The translations under genes and the position numbers were made by a program. Positions 20,256 through 30,775 of a stretch of DNA of 51,704 nt are shown here, piece after piece (within the stretch, counting starts at the first letter, position 1; each line of letters starts with the position of its first letter). Under the pieces are notes generated by a model, which saw nothing but the letters and a program-made list of their open reading frames with translations, had not been told where the DNA came from and did no database searches. The DNA comes from Anaerovibrio lipolyticus (GTDB lineage: Bacteria > Bacillota > Negativicutes > Selenomonadales > Selenomonadaceae): assembly GCF_002372665.1 (NCBI RefSeq), contig NZ_DFHJ01000047.1. The stretch is one strand, 5' to 3'.

Positions 20256-21791
20256 TTACCAAGGATTAAACTGCAATGTAAAGTTCACCTGATGCCTCTT
20301 TGCCCTATAACGGGAAATCAGCTGCAGACAATGGAAATCGTGGAACCAGTATACGTCCATATCCGCAAGGGTGTAGTTACTCATATCGAAGGCTGTTCCC
20401 ACTAAAACTCTGTCCCGTGCATTAATTTTATAGCTAAATCCTGCTGACAGCTTGCGGGAGTAGTTATCCAAGTCATAATCAAAAACTGAATTCTTATTAT
20501 TAGCCTGCGTATAACTATATCTGGTATAGTAGGACCAGCGGTCATCCACATCACGTCTTAACAGTGCTGCATAGCCCATACCCTTTATCCTGGAATGGTT
20601 AGCAGATTCATCAGTTACAGAGTAAGTAGTACTCAAATACAGCTTATGATTGCCACCCAAATCAATAGGGGCATGACTTAAGGTGAGTCCATAATAAGTG
20701 TGCATACTGTGGATATTATTCTGGCTCCAGTGACCACGCTCATATTTTAGACCCACCGTAAATGGTGTATCACTGAGTGGAATTGATTTGGTATACCTAA
20801 AGGAAGGGGCCTTCTTAACCCACTTATTGTTAGAGCTTTCGTAATAACCTGTCATAAGCTCAAATTTACCCAGATTATTTTCGTAAACTACAGCACCATG
20901 ACTGTGAAATCCGTATTTTCCGGTATAAAATAACTCAGTGTTTAAATAGAGGTTTTTCGTTAAATAGAAATTGAAATCCTTGCTTAACCACCAGCCATCA
21001 TCGTGATTATAGCCAATTCTTGGCATTTCTATTACGTCTTCATCTTTATCGAGTCTTACGGTATGCTTCTTGGCAGAGAATACGGGTACATCAGCCAGCC
21101 AAAATTTCACATCATGGCATACCATTCTGTCCCCAGGGTAAATCTCTATTTTGGAGGCCGTGCTGCGATAATCAGGATGTTCTGCTGAGCACTTAGTCAA
21201 GTATCCATCATAAACAATAATCTTATCCGGGTACATCTCGATGCGTTTGCCCTTGATGTACTGATGATCGATTTTACCGCTGACATCCTCCATTTTTCCG
21301 GTCTTTTTGGTATAGTTGTACTGAATTTTATAGCCATCCACTACAATCTTGGCCTGTCCTGGAGTAATCTGAACCACATGTCCCTTCCCTGGAACATTAA
21401 TCTCTGTATTTTCCAGATTGCCCTTAACTTCCTCTGTCTGAAACCGCTGGGCATCCAAGGATGTAATATTTACACTACCAGTGGCATAAAAGTCACCAGT
21501 ATGCTGATCGTAAAAAAGCTCGTCACCTTCCAAGGCTACAGGAACATTTTTGTTAGGGTCCAGAGGATCCCTAAGATTCTTGCGCATCTCAAAGGCATCG
21601 TGTATCAATTGTTTCTGCTCATCAGCAATTGCATTGGTTCGTGCAGAACGCTTATTATTCTCCAGATAGTCCAACACATCTGCATTCGTGTCTGTGCTGG
21701 CACTATATCTTGAAGCTGCTGCCATTTCCGGCACCGCCAAGGATGCCATTACTAACCCTGTACAAAGCAATGCTTTTGTAGTTCTGTTCAT
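20256..21791 (-). CDS. lptD: LPS-assembly outer membrane protein, LptD-like
   Basis: Signal peptide, OstA-like N-terminal region, T-x-C..P-x-Y motif, aromatic beta-strand-rich C-terminus; sits at the head of the LPS locus. Confidence 0.75.
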   Translation of the reverse strand: MNRTTKALLCTGLVMASLAVPEMAAASRYSASTDTNADVLDYLENNKRSARTNAIADEQKQLIHDAFEMRKNLRDPLDPNKNVPVALEGDELFYDQHTGDFYATGSVNITSLDAQRFQTEEVKGNLENTEINVPGKGHVVQITPGQAKIVVDGYKIQYNYTKKTGKMEDVSGKIDHQYIKGKRIEMYPDKIIVYDGYLTKCSAEHPDYRSTASKIEIYPGDRMVCHDVKFWLADVPVFSAKKHTVRLDKDEDVIEMPRIGYNHDDGWWLSKDFNFYLTKNLYLNTELFYTGKYGFHSHGAVVYENNLGKFELMTGYYESSNNKWVKKAPSFRYTKSIPLSDTPFTVGLKYERGHWSQNNIHSMHTYYGLTLSHAPIDLGGNHKLYLSTTYSVTDESANHSRIKGMGYAALLRRDVDDRWSYYTRYSYTQANNKNSVFDYDLDNYSRKLSAGFSYKINARDRVLVGTAFDMSNYTLADMDVYWFHDFHCLQLISRYRAKRHQVNFTLQFNPW

Positions 21792-21886
21792 CGGACATTA
21801 ATCCCCTATCTAAAATGGGCCCAGTTGCCCTTAATTGCATACATACTCTACTATATGATACTCCATTTAACCATATAACACAAGAA

Positions 21887-21923
21887 AGCCCCTTCCGATA
21901 ATGATAATTTATCGAAAGAGGCT
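21887..21923 (-). terminator. Probable intrinsic terminator
   Basis: Imperfect hairpin AGCC..CGATAA/TTATCG..GGCT followed by a U-rich tract on the minus strand. Confidence 0.5.
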
Positions 21924-21953
21924 CCATGAATATTTTAACTTTTTAATGATGAA

Positions 21954-22883
21954 TTAGAACTGCTCGGCGCTGGTGGTTGGAATAGCGTATATCGAGCAAT
22001 CCTTTTCGGTCTGGAGATACATCTCAGTGCCTTCTGGAAGATTTATGTTCTTGCCCTTTACAAAGGCACCGCCAATGATACCGATAGGTCCAAGAATAAT
22101 CATGCCGGCCAGGCTGGCACCGGCTGCCATGCCCATCTGCTCCATGGTTTCTTTGGCTTCCTCGCCTAAGGTCATGTCAATCTTGGTGCCGTCAACAGCC
22201 TCCATGTCCTTAAAATCAATGTTTATCTTGGCATCACGGCCGAAGTTCTGAGCCTGGGACACATCGGTAACTACACCTTCACCCAAGGCACCGGCAGTTA
22301 TGAGAAGCATGTCATTTTCGATAACATCCTCTGCAGCCTTGAACTTAACAATGTCGCCCTTTTTCAATTCCTTAGCATTAATTGGAGTTACCAGAGAAAT
22401 CTTAACCAAGGTGTTGGCTGGCACATTCACCTGGCTCAGCGGAATAGTGGTGCTGCCAAAGGCGAAGGTTGCCAGTCCTTCGATACGCTTCTTGATGGAA
22501 GCATCAGAATTCTTGCCATTAATCTGCAGCTCCATATCGCTGATGCGCTTCTGGATAGGGTCTGCACTTACCTTGTGGGAAATAGTCCACTCCAGAGCAT
22601 TGAGCTGGGTAATAAGGGATGGGCTGGAAGAATTATCAAAGGTTGTGTCGTACAGGTTATTAATGCGATTCATCATACCTCCGCTGGTGTTGCTGCACTC
22701 ATAATCCTTTTCCAGCTTTTTAATTCGTTCTACGATGGCACCGGTCTGCTCCTGACCGTAGGTAACTGTTTCCACAGCTCCCAGCTTGCCGTTGGCGGTG
22801 TTTGGAACCTCTGCTGCTGCCGTGCCCAGAGAAGAGAACAGGAACACACCGCTTAAAAAGATACTGAATAATTTCTTAAGCAT
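21954..22883 (-). CDS. Exported hypothetical protein
   Basis: Signal peptide, repeated helical motifs, beta domain with a glycine-zipper-like segment (GMAAGASLAG..GIIGG), good RBS AGGAGG. Confidence 0.8.
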   Translation of the reverse strand: MLKKLFSIFLSGVFLFSSLGTAAAEVPNTANGKLGAVETVTYGQEQTGAIVERIKKLEKDYECSNTSGGMMNRINNLYDTTFDNSSSPSLITQLNALEWTISHKVSADPIQKRISDMELQINGKNSDASIKKRIEGLATFAFGSTTIPLSQVNVPANTLVKISLVTPINAKELKKGDIVKFKAAEDVIENDMLLITAGALGEGVVTDVSQAQNFGRDAKINIDFKDMEAVDGTKIDMTLGEEAKETMEQMGMAAGASLAGMIILGPIGIIGGAFVKGKNINLPEGTEMYLQTEKDCSIYAIPTTSAEQF

Positions 22884-22932
22884 TTCAAAAATCCTCCTAC
22901 ATTCAGTGGTAAATGTATATTATGATTGCTTT

Positions 22933-23227
22933 TAATAATAAGCAAATCTTTCAGCCAGGGACTCAGGGCTAAGCAAGATGAAAGCATACGGGCTTTCATC
23001 TGCCCTTACACGCACACTAAGCTTACACTGCGCCCATCGGCTTGTGTTCGCTAAGTGTTTATAGTAAAACTATTGTTTTGCTTTTAATTAGTCAGCAAGA
23101 AAAATCCAAACTCGCTTCGTCCTTACAGGACTCGCTCAAACAGTGGATGTTTTCTCGCTGTGTAAGTATGCAAAAAATAGTTTCTTAACGCCCATCGCCC
23201 AACGCTTCAAGCATTTGCTTATTATTA
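22933..23227. repeat. Structured intergenic repeat family A, copy 1
   Basis: Core AACTCGCTTCGTCCTTACAGGACTCGCTCAAACA (23109-23142) at the apex of nested inverted repeats; outer IR TAATAATAAGCAAAT/ATTTGCTTATTATTA. Confidence 0.85.
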
Positions 23228-23333
23228 TAAATGTCAAAACTGATGCAGGCAATGTTCAACACAACATCACCCTGCCCTTCTTATACAATATTATCATTTA
23301 AATCTGATTAAAATATGAATAAAAATTGATTAT

Positions 23334-23509
23334 AAGCGGGGAAATTTTTTCGCCTGCAAGACTGGAGTCCACCTGCCGAAGGCTCATCATGAGCACGAAA
23401 CACATTAACGCCCCGATGTACGTGCGACCCTGTCGCCTTCGAAAGAAATTTTATACACAGTGCATGATGACTTGGACGGAGGTCTGAAGCCGAAAAAGTT
23501 TCACCGCTT
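23334..23509. repeat. Structured intergenic repeat family B, copy 1
   Basis: Terminal IR GCGGGGAAATTTTTTCG/CGAAAAAGTTTCACCGC; long blocks shared with 27640-27810. Confidence 0.88.
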
Positions 23510-23536
23510 CGTTAATTGTTCAACTCAGCAGTATGA

Positions 23537-24856
23537 TTATTTCAAAAACTCTGCAACCTTTTTAAGGGCCACACCAGCAGCTTCGATGGTTTTATCAATG
23601 TCTTCATCGGTGTGGGCACCGGACATGAACAGTGTTTCGAACTGGGATGGGGCCAGATAGATGCCCTGCTCCAGCATGGCCTTGAACCACACCTTGAAGG
23701 CCTCCTGATTGGACGCCGCTGAGGTTTCATAGTCCACTACTTCCTTGTCGTTAAAGAAGAAGCCAAACATGGAGCCCGCCTGCTGAACCTGAAGGGTTAC
23801 ACCGGCTTCCTTTGCCTTCTGGGCAATTCCCAGTACCAGCTTTTTGGTCTTGACGGTGAGAACACGGCTGTAATCCGGTTCTCCTGGCTCCGGCTCCTCA
23901 GTGATAATCTTCAATGTTTCTAAGCCTGCTGTCATGGCCAGTGGGTTTCCTGAGAGGGTACCCGCCTGATATACAGGACCGGCTGGAGCTATGTGATTCA
24001 TAATATCACGTCGACCGCCGTAGGCTGCTACCGGAAGGCCGCCGCCAATAATCTTACCAAGGCAAGTGAGATCAGGGGTAACGGCATAGGCCTTCTGAGC
24101 ACCGCCCAAGGATGCTCTAAAGCCGCACATTACCTCATCGAAAATCAGCAGCGAACCGGTTTCCCTGGTGAGCTTTCTCAAAAGGTCAAGATACCCTGGC
24201 TTTGGCAGTACCAATCCCATATTGCCAGCCACCGGCTCCACAATAACAGCTGCAATCTCATGGCCGCTCTTTTCCATAACCTCAGTAAAGGCTTCAAAAT
24301 CATTGTATGGAATAGTAATGGTGTCATTGGCAGTACCAGGAGTAACACCAGGGCTGTCCGGAACGCCAAAGGTGGCCAAACCAGAACCAGCCTTCACCAA
24401 AAGGCTGTCACTATGGCCGTGATAGCAGCCAATAAACTTCAAAATCTTGTTGCGACCGGTGAATCCACGGGCCAGACGCAAAGCACTCATGGTGGCCTCA
24501 GTGCCGGAGTTAACCATGCGGATAACCTCAATGGAAGGATATACCTCCATTACCAGCTTGGCCAGCTCACTTTCAATAAGGGTAGGAGCTCCGTAGCTGG
24601 TGCCACGGGTGGCCGCCTCCTGCAAGGCCTTTACCACCTGGGGATGAGCATGACCTACCACCATTGGGCCCCAGGATCCCACATAATCTATATATTCATT
24701 GCCGTCAATATCGTAAATATGGGAGCCCTCAGCCCGCTCAATAAAAGGAGGGTTGCAGTCCACATTTCTATAGGAACGGACAGGGCTGTTTACGCCGCCG
24801 GGCATTAAAGTCTTCGCTTCTTCAAAAGCGGCGGCAGATTTCTCTAAATTAAGCAT
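23537..24856 (-). CDS. hemL: Glutamate-1-semialdehyde 2,1-aminomutase
   Basis: [31 protein letters not shown] and QAGTLSGNP motifs. Confidence 0.97.
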   Translation of the reverse strand: MLNLEKSAAAFEEAKTLMPGGVNSPVRSYRNVDCNPPFIERAEGSHIYDIDGNEYIDYVGSWGPMVVGHAHPQVVKALQEAATRGTSYGAPTLIESELAKLVMEVYPSIEVIRMVNSGTEATMSALRLARGFTGRNKILKFIGCYHGHSDSLLVKAGSGLATFGVPDSPGVTPGTANDTITIPYNDFEAFTEVMEKSGHEIAAVIVEPVAGNMGLVLPKPGYLDLLRKLTRETGSLLIFDEVMCGFRASLGGAQKAYAVTPDLTCLGKIIGGGLPVAAYGGRRDIMNHIAPAGPVYQAGTLSGNPLAMTAGLETLKIITEEPEPGEPDYSRVLTVKTKKLVLGIAQKAKEAGVTLQVQQAGSMFGFFFNDKEVVDYETSAASNQEAFKVWFKAMLEQGIYLAPSQFETLFMSGAHTDEDIDKTIEAAGVALKKVAEFLK

Positions 24857-24880
24857 ATTATATTCCTTTCTGCTAATCTG

Positions 24881-25861
24881 TTATTTCTCCATAAGCCACT
24901 TGGCGGCGTCAATTGCATGATAGGTAATAATAATATCGGCACCGGCCCGCTTCATGCTGGTAAGGGTTTCCAGCACAATGCGCTTTTCGTCAATCCAGCC
25001 ATTGGCCGCAGCTGCCTTCACCATGGCGTATTCACCACTTACATTGTAGCAGGCCACTGGTAAATTAATGCGGTCACGAACCTTGGAAATAATATCCATG
25101 TAGGCAAGAGCAGGCTTCACCATAATAATGTCAGCGCCCTCAGCCAGATCCAGCTCCACTTCCTTCATAGCCTCACGACTATTAGCTGGATCCATCTGAT
25201 AAGCACGACGATCACCAAATTGTGGTGCAGAATCCGCTGCGTCACGGAATGGGCCGTAATAGCCAGAAGCATATTTCACTGCATAGGACATGATGGATAC
25301 GTTAATGAAGCCATTTTCGTCCAGTGCTTCACGAATGGCTGCCACGCGACCATCCATCATATCTGATGGAGCGATAATATCTGCACCGGCCTGGGCCTGA
25401 CTTACAGCCACCTTTTGGAGCAGCTTCAATGTAGCATCATTATCCACATAATGGCCGCAAAGCTGACCGCAATGGCCATGGCTGGTGTACTGGCAAAGGC
25501 ATACATCGCCGATAATAACCAGCTCTGGCACTGCTTCCTTTATTGCCTTAATGGCCCGCTGAACCGGGGAATTCATATCCCAGGCACTGGAACCAATTTC
25601 ATCCTTGTATTCCGGAAGGCCAAAAACCTCCACGGAAGGAATACCCAGCTCATAAATCTCCTTGGCCAGCTTCACTGCCAAATCCACAGAATAGCGGTAG
25701 CAGCCAGGCATACTGGATATTTCTTCCTTCTTGTTTTCCCCAGGAATAACAAACATTGGGTAAACAAAGTCCTTGGCAGAGAGGTTTGTCTCCCTGACCA
25801 TGGCACGAACATTTTCACTGATACGCATACGACGAGGGCGCAGCTTCTGCTCAATCATCAA
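24881..25861 (-). CDS. hemB: Porphobilinogen synthase
   Basis: [33 protein letters not shown] and VSGEY motifs. Confidence 0.97.
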   Translation of the reverse strand: MMIEQKLRPRRMRISENVRAMVRETNLSAKDFVYPMFVIPGENKKEEISSMPGCYRYSVDLAVKLAKEIYELGIPSVEVFGLPEYKDEIGSSAWDMNSPVQRAIKAIKEAVPELVIIGDVCLCQYTSHGHCGQLCGHYVDNDATLKLLQKVAVSQAQAGADIIAPSDMMDGRVAAIREALDENGFINVSIMSYAVKYASGYYGPFRDAADSAPQFGDRRAYQMDPANSREAMKEVELDLAEGADIIMVKPALAYMDIISKVRDRINLPVACYNVSGEYAMVKAAAANGWIDEKRIVLETLTSMKRAGADIIITYHAIDAAKWLMEK

Positions 25862-27375
25862 AATGCCTCCTTCAAGGCCTCCACAAGGCCGTCAATAGTA
25901 TATTCCTTAGCCTCAACACTTACAGTAAGGCCATTTTTCTTCATGGTTTCGGCGGTAATTGGACCGATGGCACCCAGCTTCACCTTGCTAAGGAGAGCCG
26001 TATCTCCCCCAAGCAGCTTGAGGAAGTTTGTTACAGTTGAAGAGCTGGTGAAGGTTACGGCAGCAATATTGCCTGCTGCCAATTCCTTCTTGATTTCCTC
26101 AGCATCTCCATCTCCCATAGCTGTTTCATAGGCTGGAACCACATCCACTTCCGCCCCGGTTTTTCTAAGGGTCTCCGGAAGGATTTTCCTTGCCTCCGCA
26201 GCTCTAGGAATAAGCACCCGGGAGCCCTCTTTAATCTCACCCTTCAGGGCCTCAATAATTCCCTCCGCCTGATAGCGGTCAGGAATTACATCCGCCACCA
26301 GCCCATGGGCCTTCAATGCATCTGCTGTAGCAGAGCCTATAGCACAAATTTTGGCGTTAGCCAATGCTCTGGCATCCTTGCCAGCCTTATCAAGACGCTG
26401 CCAGAAGTGCTCTACACCGTTGGCAGAGGTGAAGATAAGCCAGTTGTATTTATCAAGGCACCCAATAGCCTTGTCCAAAGCCTTGTACTCATCTGATGGT
26501 GCCTTAATGGAAATAGCAGGTGCCTCGATGCACTCTGCCCCCAACTCCTCCAGCTGGAAGGTTAGCTTGGAAGCCTGGGCCCTGGAACGGGTCACCAAAA
26601 TCTTCTTGCCAAAAAGTGGCTTCATGGCCACATTGTCAAACCATGCCAAGTCCTTCCTGAGGTTTACCACATCACCCACAAGGAAAATACATGGTGGCTT
26701 AATGGCCTCCCGCTTGGCCATATCCGCTGCATCATCCAAGGTGCTGGTCCACACCTGCTGCTTCAGCTTGGTGCCCCAACGGATAATAGCAATAGGGGTG
26801 GAGGCTGGTCTACCGTTTTCGATGAGCTTTGAAGTAATCTTGGGCAGGTTTGCCACACCCATGAGGAATACAAGGGTATCCGTGGCCTTGGCCAGCTGTG
26901 GCCAGTTAATGTCAGAGGTTTCCTTGGTAGGATCCTCATGGCCGGTGATTACGGAAAATGATGCTGCTACCCCACGATGGGTAACAGGAATTCCCGCATA
27001 GGCCGGTACAGAAATGGCTGAGGTAACCCCCGGTACCACTTCAAAGGGCAGATTATTTTCCTTTAAAAGCAGGGCTTCTTCGCCACCACGACCAAAGACA
27101 AATGGGTCGCCACCCTTAAGACGTACTACTGTCTTGCCCTCCTTGGCCAAATCCACCAGAAGCTGACATATTTTGTCCTGAGTCATGGTGTGCTGGCTGG
27201 AGGCCTTGCCTACATAGATGTATTCAGCGTCCTTCGGGGCATACTGAAGGATTCGTGGGTCTGCAAGACGGTCATATACCACGGTATCGGCTATTTTCAG
27301 GCAATCCACTGCCTTTATAGTTAGTAGGCGATAGTCTCCGGGACCGGCGCCTACGAGAAATACTTTTCCTGCCAT
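25858..27375 (-). CDS. cobA: Uroporphyrinogen-III C-methyltransferase / uroporphyrinogen-III synthase fusion (CobA-HemD)
   Basis: GAGPGD and [15 protein letters not shown] motifs; C-terminal HemD domain with FTSANGV, FTSSST and IGPIT. Confidence 0.95.
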   Translation of the reverse strand: MAGKVFLVGAGPGDYRLLTIKAVDCLKIADTVVYDRLADPRILQYAPKDAEYIYVGKASSQHTMTQDKICQLLVDLAKEGKTVVRLKGGDPFVFGRGGEEALLLKENNLPFEVVPGVTSAISVPAYAGIPVTHRGVAASFSVITGHEDPTKETSDINWPQLAKATDTLVFLMGVANLPKITSKLIENGRPASTPIAIIRWGTKLKQQVWTSTLDDAADMAKREAIKPPCIFLVGDVVNLRKDLAWFDNVAMKPLFGKKILVTRSRAQASKLTFQLEELGAECIEAPAISIKAPSDEYKALDKAIGCLDKYNWLIFTSANGVEHFWQRLDKAGKDARALANAKICAIGSATADALKAHGLVADVIPDRYQAEGIIEALKGEIKEGSRVLIPRAAEARKILPETLRKTGAEVDVVPAYETAMGDGDAEEIKKELAAGNIAAVTFTSSSTVTNFLKLLGGDTALLSKVKLGAIGPITAETMKKNGLTVSVEAKEYTIDGLVEALKEAF

Positions 27376-27396
27376 ATTGTTCTCCTTATATTATCT

Positions 27397-27608
27397 TGAC
27401 ATAGGCATGGTGACCGCTGAGTTTCACGTCGGCCCAGCACTAAAATTTTTTGTTGCTTTTATATAGTGGCAAAAATCATAACTCGCTTCGCCCTTACAGG
27501 ACTTCGCTCAAACAGATGATTTTTCCCACTATAATCAAGGTCAGCAACAAAAATTTTCTTAACGTACTGGTCCTAATTGTTCAACTCATCAGTCACCTGC
27601 CAATATCA
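27397..27608. repeat. Structured intergenic repeat family A, copy 2
   Basis: Core AACTCGCTTCGCCCTTACAGGACTTCGCTCAAACA (27480-27514) within five nested inverted-repeat stems. Confidence 0.88.
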
Positions 27609-27639
27609 TAACTATTATACTGAACTATTCTCTTTACTC

Positions 27640-27810
27640 GCGGGGAATTTTTTCGCCTGCAAGAACGGAGTCCACCTGCCGGAGGCTCATCATGGGCACT
27701 ATATCTTTGAACGGCAAGATGTATGTGCGACTATGTCGCCTTCGAAGACGACTAAACACTCATTACATGATGATTTGGACGGAGGGATGAAGCCGAAAAA
27801 GTTTCACCGC
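27640..27810. repeat. Structured intergenic repeat family B, copy 2
   Basis: Same terminal IR and internal blocks as 23334-23509. Confidence 0.88.
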
Positions 27811-27825
27811 TTCTTTTATCTTTTA

Positions 27826-28767
27826 TTACAAATCTATACCTAACTCAGCCAAAACACTTCGGCCGCCGGCTTCCAGAAGGCGATCTGCCAGCTGCTGTCC
27901 CAAAGCCTCTGCAGCCGCTGGCTGGCCCATGATGTGGTCTCTGTAGACCTTGCTGCCGTCGAGGGAGGCTATAACCCCCTCCACAGTGAGGACACCATCA
28001 TCCATGGTGCCATATACGCCCACAGGGACCTGACAGCCCCCCTGAACTCGGTTTAAGAAGGACCTCTCGGCCTTGGTGCAAGTAAGTGTATCATCATCGT
28101 TAAGGAAGGCCACCAGTTCATTGACCTCTTGGTCATCAGCTCTTGACTCCACAGCCAGAGCCCCCTGTCCCACTGCTGGGAGACAAACCTTCTTGTCCAG
28201 CACATCTGTAATTCGGTTGCCAAAGCCCAGACGCTTCAAGCCAGCCGCAGCCAGGATGATGCCATCGAAGTTTTCCTCCTCCAGCTTTTTTAGGCGAGTA
28301 TTTACATTTCCCCGTAAATCACAAATGGTAAGGTCCGGCCTTGCACTTAGGAGCTGAGCCTTTCTTCTGAGGCTGGAGGTACCGATTTTGGCCCCCGTAG
28401 GCAGCTCGCTAAAGAGCTTATATTTAGGGCTTACCAATACATCTCCCGGGTCCTCCCGCTGGGTAACTGCAGTTATTTTCAGTCCCTCAGGCACCTCCAC
28501 GGGCATATCCTTCAGACTGTGTACTGCTATATCAATATCACCATTAAGCATGGCCATTTCCAGTTCTTTGGTAAAAAGTCCCTTACCACCGATTTTAGCC
28601 AATGGGGCATCAAGAATTTTATCCCCCTTGGTGGTCATAAGCACCCTTTCCACCACCAGACCAGAATACTGCTTTCTAAGTCTGTCTGCAATGTAATCCG
28701 CCTGCCACAGGGCCAACTGACTGCTGCGGGTACCGATTACAATTTTTTCTTTTTTATTGTCACTCAT
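27826..28767 (-). CDS. hemC: Hydroxymethylbilane synthase
   Basis: GTRSSQLALWQ, GGKGLFTKELE, VHSLKD, GTSSLRR, RGNVNTRL and GGCQVP motifs. Confidence 0.97.
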   Translation of the reverse strand: MSDNKKEKIVIGTRSSQLALWQADYIADRLRKQYSGLVVERVLMTTKGDKILDAPLAKIGGKGLFTKELEMAMLNGDIDIAVHSLKDMPVEVPEGLKITAVTQREDPGDVLVSPKYKLFSELPTGAKIGTSSLRRKAQLLSARPDLTICDLRGNVNTRLKKLEEENFDGIILAAAGLKRLGFGNRITDVLDKKVCLPAVGQGALAVESRADDQEVNELVAFLNDDDTLTCTKAERSFLNRVQGGCQVPVGVYGTMDDGVLTVEGVIASLDGSKVYRDHIMGQPAAAEALGQQLADRLLEAGGRSVLAELGIDL

Positions 28768-30052
28768 CTATGGATTCCTCCTGCAGCTTAAACAGCTTGC
28801 GGATGGCAAATTTCAGCACTCTTTCCCGCGAGGTGCCTGCTGTATTATTGACCATGCGCATAGGATCCCGAAGCATCTTGCGCACTATCATATGGGTCAT
28901 TTTATCAACCACCTTGTATTCTTCCTCTGTTAAATCCGGCAGCTTCCGCATGGCTCTCTTCAGCTCCCGCTCCCGAATAAATTCTGCCTTGTCCGTGAGC
29001 TGCGCCATAACAGGCTGCATGGAAAGATAGTTAAACCGCTCCAAAAGGGCGTCCACCTCTTCCTGAATTATACGCTGAGCCCTGACGGCTTCACGCTGCC
29101 GCTCGTGGAGATTGTCATCTACCACAGCCTCCAAATCGTCAATATTATAGAGCTTCACCCCCGCAAGACAGCCCACATCCGGCTCCACATCCCGCGGTAC
29201 AGCAATATCTATTAACATTAAGGGCTTCCCCTGACGGGCTGCCATAACATGGACCATTTCCCGCTTGTAAATAACATAATGGGGAGCACCGGTGGAGGTT
29301 ATGATAATATCCACCTTGTCCAGAAGCTCAAACACATCATTAAGGTCCACAGCTATGCCGCCGTACTTATCTGCCAGCTGCTCTGCCCTTTCAATATGAC
29401 GATTGGCCACATAAAGGTTCTTCAAGCCATGGCTTATAAGATGGGTGGCTGTAAGCTCCGCCATTTTTCCCGCACCAAAGAGCAGAACACTGCTATTGGA
29501 AAAATCTCCAAAGGTACCCTTTGCCAGCTCTACTGCCGCATAGCTGACAGATACTGCATTAAAGGCAATTCGGGTTTCGGTGCGCACTCTCTTGCCCGCA
29601 GCAATGGCCCTATTGAACATAAGATTCAAAATTGTGCCGGTGGCACCTGCAGTCTGGGCAATAGCGTAAGCATGCTTCACCTGGCTGAGGATTTGTCCCT
29701 CACCAATAACCAGAGAATCAAGGCTGGCGGTAACCCGCAGCAAATGCTCTATACAGTCCTCATCCTCGTATTTATAGGTGTAGCGATGGAAAAACTCCTG
29801 GGAGCATTCCGTTTTGTTCAAATCTCCCCAAAAGCTGGCCAAGGCGTTGCTGCAGCCTCGGCTCACCACTGCATATATCTCACTACGATTGCAGGTGGAA
29901 AGGACCACGGCCTCGTGGAGATGCTCATATTTATATAGTTTTTTTAAGCCCTCCCGGATTATCTCCGGGGACAGGCTGAATTTTTCCCGCACTTCTACGG
30001 GGGCTGTTCTGTGGTTAAGACCCAGCGCGATTAATTGCATTCCTGATTTCAT
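28760..30052 (-). CDS. hemA: Glutamyl-tRNA reductase
   Basis: GLNHRTAPVEVRE, STCNRSE, GEGQILSQ, GAGKM and DIAVPRD. Alternative start at 30040. Confidence 0.96.
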   Translation of the reverse strand: MKSGMQLIALGLNHRTAPVEVREKFSLSPEIIREGLKKLYKYEHLHEAVVLSTCNRSEIYAVVSRGCSNALASFWGDLNKTECSQEFFHRYTYKYEDEDCIEHLLRVTASLDSLVIGEGQILSQVKHAYAIAQTAGATGTILNLMFNRAIAAGKRVRTETRIAFNAVSVSYAAVELAKGTFGDFSNSSVLLFGAGKMAELTATHLISHGLKNLYVANRHIERAEQLADKYGGIAVDLNDVFELLDKVDIIITSTGAPHYVIYKREMVHVMAARQGKPLMLIDIAVPRDVEPDVGCLAGVKLYNIDDLEAVVDDNLHERQREAVRAQRIIQEEVDALLERFNYLSMQPVMAQLTDKAEFIRERELKRAMRKLPDLTEEEYKVVDKMTHMIVRKMLRDPMRMVNNTAGTSRERVLKFAIRKLFKLQEESIDE

Positions 30053-30662
30053 TTTTCGCCCTATCCAAATCCTGATTGTAAATTAGTTCAATTATTTCCG
30101 GTGTCAGTGCCTGACGCCAAATTTTCTGTCGCTGTTGGGAGGTGGCAGCCTTGTCTTCTTTTTTTTCGTGGATAAGCTCCTGACGGATGCTGTCAATAAA
30201 ATCTGCCATTTCCCCAAAGCCATGATGATACCGCTTTTCCAGATCCTGTCTGAGTAAGCGGGTATAGGCGGGACTGGCCCCCTCACTGGACACGGTAAAT
30301 TGAAGCCTTCCCCGATTTACCACGCCGGGAACCGTAAAATCGCAAAGCTCCGGCTCACTGGCCACATTCACCAGAATGCCGGCCGCCTTGGCATCCATTG
30401 CCGCCTGGCGGTTCACATCGCCGTTATCCGTGGCACAAAAGACACAAAAAAAGCCTTCCAGCAAATCCTTACTGTAAGTCTCCTGTTTCCATGTAATTTT
30501 ATTCTCCCGGGCCCAGCATTGAATTTCACTGTCCACCTCAGGGGATATAACCGTTATCCTGGCGTTATTTTCCAGCAGCCTGCCTATCTTTCTGCAGGCC
30601 ACCTTACCGCCACCCACCACGGCACATTTTCTGTTATCAAGCTTCAAATTGATTGGATACAT
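30015..30662 (-). CDS. sirC: Precorrin-2 dehydrogenase / sirohydrochlorin ferrochelatase (SirC/Met8-like)
   Basis: MYPINL, VGGGKVA, VNVA..CDF and GASP motifs; ATG 30662 with a GAGGA RBS. Confidence 0.9.
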   Translation of the reverse strand: MYPINLKLDNRKCAVVGGGKVACRKIGRLLENNARITVISPEVDSEIQCWARENKITWKQETYSKDLLEGFFCVFCATDNGDVNRQAAMDAKAAGILVNVASEPELCDFTVPGVVNRGRLQFTVSSEGASPAYTRLLRQDLEKRYHHGFGEMADFIDSIRQELIHEKKEDKAATSQQRQKIWRQALTPEIIELIYNQDLDRAKNEIRNAINRAGS

Positions 30663-30738
30663 TTTATCCTCTTCAAAAAGCAATTAAATGAACCATATTC
30701 ATCTTTATAATTATACACCACTCACGGGCAAATTAAAA

Positions 30739-30765
30739 GAGCCACAGCAGGCGGTGCCGTGGCTC
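30739..30765 (-). terminator. Intrinsic terminator of the response regulator gene
   Basis: GAGCCAC/GTGGCTC hairpin followed by TTTTAATTT on the minus strand. Confidence 0.65.
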
Positions 30766-30775
30766 ATAGATTGCC

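Noticed and set aside
21897-21914. Fur box (GATAATGATAAT) upstream of lptD
   Set aside because: Only the first 12 of 19 positions fit, and the site lies in the stem-loop of a probable terminator.
23460-23660. Small ORFs sharing HDDLDGG.KPKKFHRF (also 27577-27843)
   Set aside because: They are translations of repeat family B, antisense to the hem genes, with no RBS.
27404-27601. Hammerhead ribozyme on the minus strand of A2 (CUGAUGAG ... GAAAC ... GUC), and CTGATGAG at 33577
   Set aside because: Stem I is out of register by 2 nt and stems II and III are weak. The 33577 copy has GCAG instead of GAAA. The motifs are fully explained by the simple outer hairpin.
27376-27825. Cobalamin or other riboswitch upstream of cobA-hemD
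   Set aside because: No B12-box or GGGAA..GGTG-AA-TCC pattern on the sense strand, and the same elements occur at unrelated loci such as after deoC.
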